DNA of 64,000 bases from NCBI RefSeq assembly GCF_009914755.1, contig NC_060942.1. One strand, 5' to 3'. Positions 53,323 to 64,000 of this stretch are shown here, piece after piece (the first letter of the stretch is position 1; each line of letters starts with the position of its first letter). Origin of the DNA: the human T2T-CHM13v2.0 reference genome, Homo sapiens. The position numbers and the translations under genes are program-made. Below the pieces are notes generated by a model. It saw nothing but the letters and a program-made list of their open reading frames with translations, had not been told where the DNA came from and made no database searches.

Positions 53323-54025
53323 CAGTAGTCCCCCTTTATCCATCCTCTTGCTTTCCTCATTTTCAGATACCTGAGGTCAACCATGGTCTGAAAATATAAA
53401 ATCAGAAATTCCAGAAATAAACAATTCATACATTTTAAATTGCATACTATTCTGAATAGTGTGATGAACTCTCCTGCCTGGGACCAAATCTGTCACCGTG
53501 TCCAGCCTCCCCACACTGCCTATGCTGCCCACCTATTTAGTCACTTAGTAGCTGCCTCTTATCAGATCAACTGTCATGGTATTGTGGGGCTCGTGTTCAC
53601 ATAACCCTTACTTGACTTTATAATGGCCCCAAAGCTGAAGAGCGGTGATGTTGGCAATTCAGACAGGTCAAAGAGAAGCCATCAAGTGCATCCTTTAAGT
53701 AAAAAGGTGAAAGTTCTCAGGGAAAGAGGAAAAAATCCTATGCTGAGGATTCTGAGATCTACAGTAATGAACCGTCTATCCATGAAATTGTGAAGAAAGT
53801 AAAAGAAATTCATGTTAGTTTTGCTGTCACATCTTAAACTACAAAAGTTAGGGCCACAGTGCCTAAGTGCTTAGTTAAGATGGAAACGGCACTAAATTTG
53901 TGGGTGGAAGATGTGAACAGAAATCTGTTCCAGTTGGCAGCAGTTGGGTTCACTGTTATCTGCACTTTAAGGCATCCGTTGGGGAGTATTGGAAAGTAGT
54001 CCCTTTGGATGAGGAGGGTCTACAG
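53323..54025. mobile_element. MER44C/D (Tigger7-derived) DNA element with TA target duplication, probably inside an LTR33-like ERVL LTR
   Basis: TA|cagtagtccccctttatcc ... ggatgaggagggtctacag|TA; internal gaaattccagaaataaacaattcata. Confidence 0.82.
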
Positions 54026-54364
54026 TATTTCTGACAACAACGAAACTCTACTCTGCACCCTCCTCCGGGACACCTGTATCAGCCAGTCATAGCACCTCTT
54101 TAAAGGTCTGCATCCTAGTTCCTTGGGACCCCTTCTTTAAGTCATTTTTTTTTCATTGTTTCCCCACTTCTAGGGGTGGTGTATTATGTGGTTTGTCTTG
54201 TTTAGCTTGTCTTATCATGTCTGGGAACATAGTTACAGCAATTTAACCATTTCCTCAGATGGAACTAGGAACACAACATTTTTTATCTTTGTAAGCCTGT
54301 AGATTAGCACTACGTAGTGTAAACAGGTTCTTGTGAACTAGTCTGATACCTAAGTTATCTTTAA

Positions 54365-54532
<168 letters not shown>

Positions 54533-55566
54533 TGAGTAGCTAGGATTACAGGCGCGTACCACCACGCCCAGCTAATTTTTACATGATTTCACCATGTTGG
54601 TCAGGCTGATCTTGAGCTCCTAACCTCGTGATCCGCCTGCCTCAGCCTCCCAAAGTGCTGGGATTACGGGCGTGAGCCACCGTGCCCGGCCAACAACTGG
54701 CTTTTATAAAATGGACTTGTGGAACACAACCAAGATAAGGTAGTATTTAAATTAGTGGAGGAGATAATGTCATAAGAAATGGAAAACAGCAGATAGTCCA
54801 GACATTCATTTTTGGCTTTGGAATACTTATTTATTTATATATTTATTACTTTTTTAAAAGCAAATTTACTTTCATGGATATTTGCTTGGGTTAGAATTCG
54901 TTTATATTCTCAGAGCACACTTACGATAAGAGTATTTGGTTTCCTCAGGAGTGGATTTATTGTCTTGATGATAATTTTATTCCTAAACCAACAAGAAATG
55001 GAGCAGAGACTTTGTAATATTAAAATAAATTATTGTTTAATTTGTGGCAGTTTTGCAGGGCTAGTGATAATAAATCCCGAGAGCTTTGAATTGAAATATT
55101 TTACATCATGGTGCCTTACTCATCCCTTACCCCCCAGTTTCTTTGCAGGGGATAGTAGAAAATGCAGTAGCTTAGGAGCCAGGAAATCAAGGATTTTATC
55201 AATTGAGACTATTAACTAGTGGAATGGATTAACATTTACTGAGCTCCAGTCATGTGTCAGGCATTGTATACTTTATCTCGTTGTTTGTTAGGCTTCATTT
55301 TATTGATGATAAAATAGGCCATGAGAAATAAACTAACTTGTCCAAGACTCCACAAGTAATAAGTTAATGGTGGAGATTCAAATCTTGGTCTGTCAGTCAT
55401 TTTTTTCCCTCCATTTCGAGCCTTCATTCATCACCTGTAAAATGAAATCAGAGTAGTTCAAGGTACACAGGTGTTCTGCTTCTAAAATCAAATTATGAGT
55501 TTTTACCAGTTAGTGCAGTTATTTCAAAATGTATAAAATTCTTTTTTTTATTTTTTTTTGAGATGA

Positions 55567-55719
<153 letters not shown>

Positions 55720-56231
55720 TAGTAAAGATGGGGTTTCGCCATGTTGGCTAGGCTGGTCTCAAACTCCTGATCTTAGGTGATCTGCCCACCTGGGCCTCCC
55801 AAAGTGCTGGGATTACAGGCGTGAGCCACCGCACGTGGAGTCAAAATGTATTTTCTTAATTTTATGTTTCACCTCATTAATTTTTTGACTCCTATGTAAA
55901 AAAATGCCAAAAATATAAACAAATCCATTATTAAAATTGCCAGTTTTATGTCTAGTTTTGAGAACTTGTTTCTTTTGGAATGTGTGTGGCATTATGCATA
56001 CTTGTAATAGACTGGCAGAGGCTTCCAAAATAGAATAATTTGTCTAACAGAAAAGGTATGAAGGAGTTGTGAACTTTGGGTGACACATTCACAGACATTT
56101 TCTTTTTTTCCTACATAATCCTTTAGCAGCTCAAGACATTTTCTTAATGCATTTTCTTAATGCAACTCTTACTATGGTAAGAGTTGGAAGTAGATGGTGT
56201 GGTGGTCAACTACACTATTTACATTAACTTA

Positions 56232-56869
<638 letters not shown>

Positions 56870-57029
56870 TAACATTTTAAAATATGTCTGAGATTTATTT
56901 GAATATTGAAATAGGATTTAATAACTTATACTCTAAATCCAGTAGAGTGCATGGGGGAACATGATGCCCTAGATACGTAATTATTCTTTAAATAAGATCC
57001 ATGCTAGGTGCGGAAGAAAAACCACAAAA

Positions 57030-57275
57030 AACCGTGGTAGAGTGAATGAAGTGCTTTAAGAGGCCATGTTTTGTGATCAGACCCAGTTGGGTTTGAATTT
57101 GAACCTGCCACTTACTAATGTTGTGTGACTTCAGGCAGGTTACTTGTCTGAGACTCAGTTTCTTCATCCATAAAATGGGGATAACAATTGCTTACTTTTT
57201 AGAATTGTTGGGAAGGTTAAATAAAATGTGTGTAAAGAACCAAGCTTGGTACTAATAGATAGTGGCTGGTATTAT
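57030..57275. mobile_element. MIR (further MIR/L2 remnants at ~7300-7430, ~25670-25850, ~29690-30340, ~55230-55450)
   Basis: tgggtttgaat..ctgccacttact..tgtgacttcaggcaggttactt..ctcagtttcttcatccataaaatgggg. Confidence 0.75.
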
Positions 57276-57608
57276 TAATAACAACAATCCTATTTTCATT
57301 AATTTAGTATTTCTCTAGAGAAAGGAATGTGGACTTTACCAACCAGCTGGCAGGTCACAAAGGCCTTGCCCTCACTGGGAATTTTAATTAGAGTTGAGGC
57401 AATTTCTAAACCAGTTAAATATTTTGATGGTTCAGGGAAAATAAGATGGATATTCTTGTTGGTTAACCCTCCTTAGTCTCTGTAATACTTTTTGTTACAT
57501 TTGATTTGCGGTTAAAGTTGAATGAATCCATAAATTAGAATTTCTTGGTTTGTTGAATGACATCAACAGTTATGCCACAATAAGTAGTTACATTTAAATA
57601 AAGGTTGA

Positions 57609-57846
<238 letters not shown>

Positions 57847-58250
57847 TGATCCACCCGCCTCGGCCTCCCAAAGTGCTGGGATTACAGGCATGAGCCACCG
57901 CGCCCAGCTGACTTATAAATTTTTTTTGATGTTAGGTGAAATCTTTGAATTTGGGCAAAGTTTAGGGTATAGTTAGGCACCATACTAGTCTAGAAGGACT
58001 GTTTCTTTTTTAAAAAAGTTTTAAAATTTATTACATAACATTTAATGTATACAAGTGAATAAATGAGTAATATAACCAATAACTGGGAATCCATCTAGAA
58101 AGAAAGCATTACTAATAACATTTGAACACCCTTTGTAGTATTTCTCACTTGCATTCTTTCCCCTCCTCGCCTAAGGTAACCAGCTGTCACAAATTAGTTT
58201 TTATCATTCCCATGAGTTTCTTTATATTACACATTTGTCTATATCTGTAA

Positions 58251-58598
<348 letters not shown>

Positions 58599-60579
58599 TG
58601 AGCCACCGTGCCTGGCCTTTGTATTCCATATTTAAAAAAATTCAGCATTATGGTGAAGGGTATGTCCATGTTGAATTGCGTGGCCGTTGAACATTCATTT
58701 TTGGTATTCCATTGTATCCCTAATATATGTATCCATTCTGTTGTTAATGAACAATTATGTTGTTTACTTTTTACTTTTGCTATTATACGAAGTGATAATT
58801 TAGAGATTTTTGTTCTGTTGAAGCACTTCATATGTATTTAACTGCTTGTAGTGAAAACTCTACTTTTCTCTTTCAGCCATCATTTCTACCCAGAAATTTA
58901 ACATTTTACTTAAATCAGTGCTTTGTGAGTTTGAGCTATTTTCATTAGGTCTCTGAAGAATGTAGTTATTGATCTTAAGCAACATGTTTTACTATTTTCA
59001 TAAAATTTTCCAACAAAAATACTTCAGCTATACAAATTCTCTAAGTTGTTAAACTCAGGCAAGATACCATTAAAACTTAGAGCAGATGGTCATTTGAGTA
59101 TTAGTAGAATGGGTCAAAAGCTGTCATCAGGTGGTTCATTTAACGGCGGCAGATGTCTTCATAAAGCCTAGCAAAGGAAAAGGGCATTAACTCCTTAGGG
59201 TAATATGGTATTCTATAGAAAGGAAAAAAAAGAACTTAATGGATCCAGTTAAGGAATTAAATTTTATGAAATAAAAATTTTAAGGAAAAACTGTTGCCAG
59301 GGCTAATGGTTTTAGATGAAAATGAATTGGGTGGATGTAGTGAGGGAAACAAAAAAGCTACCACTGTACAGTAAGAGATTAGTAAAATGTTGGTCTTGTT
59401 TATTTAATGCCCTTTCTTCTGTTTTATGTTTTCTTTAAATACCAACTTTTGTTTTGAAGTCAATTAATTGTATTCTCATTAAAAATTCTGTAGTGCTCAT
59501 TTTGGTAGTGGAATGGGTTGCTTTGTTTACATTTTTCAATTCTTAGTGTTAGTCTGTTTCACAGCTGTTCAGTAGCTTTGTTGGCATTTGAAGTGTGGGA
59601 ACCAAGAAAGCATTTGGATGTGCTTTTGTGTGCATTAATGGTTTTCCTGAGGTATTCTTTAAAACCATGAATTATAGAATTTTTTTAACCAGTTGTCATG
59701 TGTGTTTAAATGGTTCCTTTTAAAGAAAGCCTGTACACAGATTATGAGCTCATGACTGTTATCATTGTATGTTGTGGAAAATGAACTTAGAAATGAAAAA
59801 TATGTAAATGAGGCAGTGGTTGCAAACTGGACAGTTTTTTTCTGTTGAATGGGGTAGTTGGGATACATTTTCCCTACGTCTTTCATCAACCAAGTCACAT
59901 TTGAAGAGCTGCACAGTCAGTTAATTCAGGATAAACTTCTAAGTGTGCAGTGAATACTGATTTGTTTAGTCTATTTTACTTTTTTGTGATGATGGAACTA
60001 AATCAGATTTATTTTAGACCTTGTTCAGAAACTTAGCCATTTTGTGGACATTTACTGTCATTGGTATTTGATATTAATTGTGGTATTTTTTGTCGGCTTT
60101 CCTGTGCTAAGACAGATACAGTTATTAGAATCTGATTTCAGGTGTTTGGCAATGAGGTTGCTTTAAATCAATATGTAATCAATTCCATATAATGTCCATT
60201 TTGGAAAAATAATTTTATAATTATTTCTATATTATTGCTTCTAACACAAATACCAAAAGTTTACAAAATTAGTTGCAAAACTATTCTCGGTCACACAAAG
60301 TGGTTTTTTTTTTTTTTTAAGGTAAATTGTGAAACCCATAAACAAAAAGATTTTGAAGAACTGTCATAATTGTCTGGTGCAGGGCTATTAAACTGAATAT
60401 TAAATTTTCATGAAACTGCCATTTGTAAAGAGAAGTGCCAACAGTAACAATCCATTTAATTAGTTTTTTAAAATTCACACTTTAATACTGAAATACAGGT
60501 ATACCTCTGTTTTATATAGGCATTATACACAGTTCTATTCCTGGAAGACCAAATGTATATTTAAAATGGAGGAGAGGCA

Positions 60580-60870
60580 TGCCGGATGTTATTTTTCAAA
60601 GATGGCCACACCAGTCTACATCCCATCCCACCTGCTCTTCTTAGGAGACAATGACATTCCACCTAAAGAGGCTGCTTCCCTCCCTCAGTGGACCTGGGTG
60701 GACATTTGTAACTGCCTCAATTAATAGAGTATAGAGGAAGTGACACTGTGAATTCTGAGGTTTGGTCACAAAAGGCAAGGCAGATGTCGCTTGTCTGTCC
60801 ATGTCTGTCTGTCTGTCACTGTCTTTCCCCTCAGGATTCACAACCTGCCTGCACCGGGAGCTCTGAGCCA
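60580..60870 (+). mobile_element. MaLR LTR 5' half (MLT1F/G-like)
   Basis: ttttcaaagatggccacacc..cccatcccac..aatagagtatagaggaagtgacactgtg..ttctgagg. Confidence 0.62.
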
Positions 60871-63807
60871 ATGCTGAGAAAACATAAAAGTGCTAGGTTA
60901 AGAATTGAGTAGTATATTTTACCATTTTAAGGAAAGTCTTTCTAAGCACGAAGCCTCAGAAGTTACACACATGCCGATGAGAGCACACATAGAAAATGTG
61001 TACCCAGAAAACAATCTGGAAACCCCCCAAACTGCTAATAATGGGTGGGAGTACACGGTGGGGGGGACTTTCACATTTTGTTCTGTATGCTTTTGAGTTG
61101 TTTAAAGTTTTATTATAAGTGTGTTATTAATTTTATAATTTTAAAAAGAAAATAGGAAATACCAATTTTTTCCTCTCAAATTGGCACAGATTAAAAATAC
61201 TACTTCAGTGCATGTTAAAGATGTGTCAAGAAAGCCAGTCAGATACTGCTGAAAGGGAAATATAAATGGATACAATCTCTATAGAAGGCACTTACAGAGT
61301 GTTTCAAATGCCATCAAAAACTTTGACCCTGCCTTCAATGTTTTAAAAAGGCACATTCAAAGATACTTGTTTGTGGCAGATAAAGACAAAAAGTTAACAT
61401 AACCAGTGTTGAAAATATGGGACTATTATTATGTAAATTATGTTAATTAACAGAGGGAAATTCTATACAATTATTAAACCATGTTGTAGAAGAATTATTA
61501 CTGACATGGTAAAATACCATTTTTAAAGTAGTTTGCAAGGAACTACAATGTGACATTTTTGCATCTAAATTGCATAATACATGTAATATAAAAACTAGAA
61601 AGGTAATTCCCTGGATGTGCTGATGGGATTAGCCTTTGTGGTTTTCCAAGTTTTCTACACTGAGTGTATATTAATCCTAGGAAGCAGCTGGGTGAGTAGG
61701 AGCATTTAACATGAAGTATAAGCATCAGAGATGCCATGTATGCCACTTTAAACTAAAAACAAACAAAAACAGGAAGGAACCTAAGCAAATCTTTACAGAA
61801 ACCAACTTTCAAATTACTTTAGTTACTTTAGTAATATGGTATATAATTGCTATTTAGAAGTTTTTATTTATTTTAATCTTTTAATTCACAGATGAATAAT
61901 TAAATGTTCCCCATATACAGTCTCTGAAAAAATTTAAACTTTTATTAAGCTCTTTGATTTCTGTATAAGTATTGCAAAATTTGTCTGGGATAGGTGATGA
62001 TTCTGATTATGATATTATTTAAATAGATGACTAGTGCATTTACTAAATCTATATTAAGATGAAGTTAAGTGCAGTATAATTCTTTATATGTATATTTTGC
62101 TTTAAAGTTTTTGAAAGTGTGTTTACCTATCACTTTAATTTTTTTCTGTTTTTTTTTTTAAATGAAGTTTCTGTTTCTAGGAGTTTCTAACAATTTAGCC
62201 TCACAATGTCTCTTTCCATGTGAAAGGAAGTGTTTTCTTAATTTATAGATGAGAATATTGGTCCCAGAGTATTTAAGTTGATTTTGAATATTAAGTGGAT
62301 AGTAAGTTATACAAGTAAATTCTTAAATCACATACGCTTGTTTTTACCATTTGAGGTAGCAGTTTTACCATATTGTATACAGGTTAGAAATCATGTCTGA
62401 TCTTGTTAATTTCTAGCGTAACTCTATAATTTATCTCCAAGTCTCTGGCTGTATTGCATGTTTCTGCTAAGCAAAGTCGTTCCTGGTTCATTGAACATAC
62501 TCTGCTTTTCTGTGATTTCTTCCTTTCTTAGAAAGATCTACTCGTCCATCATTTCTGTGGAACTTTTCCTGATTTTTTTTCCTGTTTAGTTTCTAAGGCG
62601 AGTTTCTATCAATGGAGACCTGGGCTTGTATTTTTTTATTAGATATTCTTATTTTTTGTTGGTGACTCCCTTCTTGTTTTTAAGCAGAGCAGTTCTAGAT
62701 TTCAGTTTATTATACTGTTTAATTGCTAAATATTTCTAATACTTAACCTGTTTCCTCTTGAATGATCTCGTTTAGACTTTCTCATTTATATCCTCTACAT
62801 CTTTTGTCTCCTGACCCATAGCTACCAAGCCCTAAATATCTCTGGAACCATTTCTCTCAATTTCTACTGTCAACACCCTAATTTAAGCTACCATTATCTT
62901 AGCTGGACTGCTACTAACTTCTTTTAATCTGACTCCCTTTCTCTAGCCACTTTTACTTTTTTCATATCTTTTTTCTCCACACTGCAGCAGGAGTGATTTT
63001 TTATTTTTTTTATTTTTTTTATTTTTTTGAGTTAGAGTCTTAGTTGCCCAGACTGGAGTGCAGTGGCATGAACATGGCTCTAAGAGTGATACTTGAAAGC
63101 AGCAGAGGGCATGCCTGCAGTAGTAATAAAGAAATAGTTCTGGATGAATCAGTAGCCACTCATGTCCACTATCTTCTGTCCCTACAGTCAAGCATTTATG
63201 TGACAGGAGACTGCAGAAGGATTGCACATAAAACATATTTGGTGTTGGGGTATCAGGCTTTTTTGTAGTCCACTAGGTATCCCAGTTCTTTCAGGTGTTC
63301 GTTCCCTTCCTCCTTCCTTCCTTGCTTCCCTCCTTCCTGCCTTCCCTCCCTCTTCCTTCCTGATCCTTGCCCCTCCCCTCCCTTTCCCTCAAAACAGGCA
63401 TACCACTCAGGTTTGGCCCTTTGTTTAGAATCTGGTTATCTGAATATAGAAAATGAATAACATAGGGTTTGTTTTTCTTTCTTATCGGGAAGTACCCAGT
63501 AGTGTATTATATTAGTAATATGACCACTTTTGTACTCTAGTTTTTACATATGTAGCATGTTACTTGATTTTTAGAACACGTTGTCTCACCTTTAAAGAAT
63601 ATATTACATTCCCCAAAGGGGACTGAGGTTGTGAGAATGAAAGGGCTCCTTTCTTCTATTTAATTATGGAAATGTTCTAAATGGATACAAAGAGGAAGAT
63701 AATGTAATGAACTCCCATGTACCCATTACCCAACTTCAGCACGGCTAATCTTGTTTTACCTAAATCCCACTTTACTTCCCCTCTGCCTCCCTCCAGTTAT
63801 TTTGAAA

Positions 63808-63842
<35 letters not shown>

Positions 63843-64000
63843 CATTATTTTATACGTAAATACTTCTGATAAAACGACCTTTTCAAGGACATAAAAGTAA
63901 ATACAGACGGAGTCAGAACTTGAATCCAGGAGAGTGTCACTTTTGGACAGATAATACAGCCCTTGCTTGGTCAGCATTGAGCTTGACCATCCAGGATGTG

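Noticed and set aside
54812-55219. 135-aa hydrophobic ORF in MIB1 intron 1
   Set aside because: TTG start, AT-rich composition bias, no convincing splice or homology support.

Overview
Human-type (primate) genomic DNA, recognisable from its proteins as the head-to-head ABHD3/MIB1 region (chr18q11.2 from memory). Coding content is limited to ABHD3 exons 1-3 (- strand, 1422-3772) and MIB1 exon 1 (+ strand, ATG 40661). Each gene starts in a CpG island, and ~23 kb of MIB1 intron 1 fills the rest of the window. The ~36 kb between the genes is a dense transposon stack: about 60 Alu copies or fragments across the window, a solo LTR12, an internally deleted L1PB, a 3'-truncated L1PA, a full-span Hsmar2 mariner interrupted by six Alus, MaLR LTRs and a Y3 RNA retrocopy. 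Almost all other ORFs in the track are repeat or GC artefacts. I found no new protein-coding system. The most unusual items are: (1) a chimeric EIF4A2-derived retro-sequence joining the intronic SNORA81/miR-1248 snoRNA to the EIF4A2 3'UTR with no CDS; (2) twin strong + strand splice donors plus an LTR12 promoter at the ABHD3 island, all pointing at MIB1; (3) a tail-to-tail Alu pair built on a palindromic target with a 1-nt centre; (4) short inverted templated insertions in an L1 and in the Y3 copy; (5) a stop-free in-frame MIB1 leader with a GCG/polyAla repeat. Repeat subfamily names and homologies are recalled from memory, not searched, and repeat boundaries are approximate.
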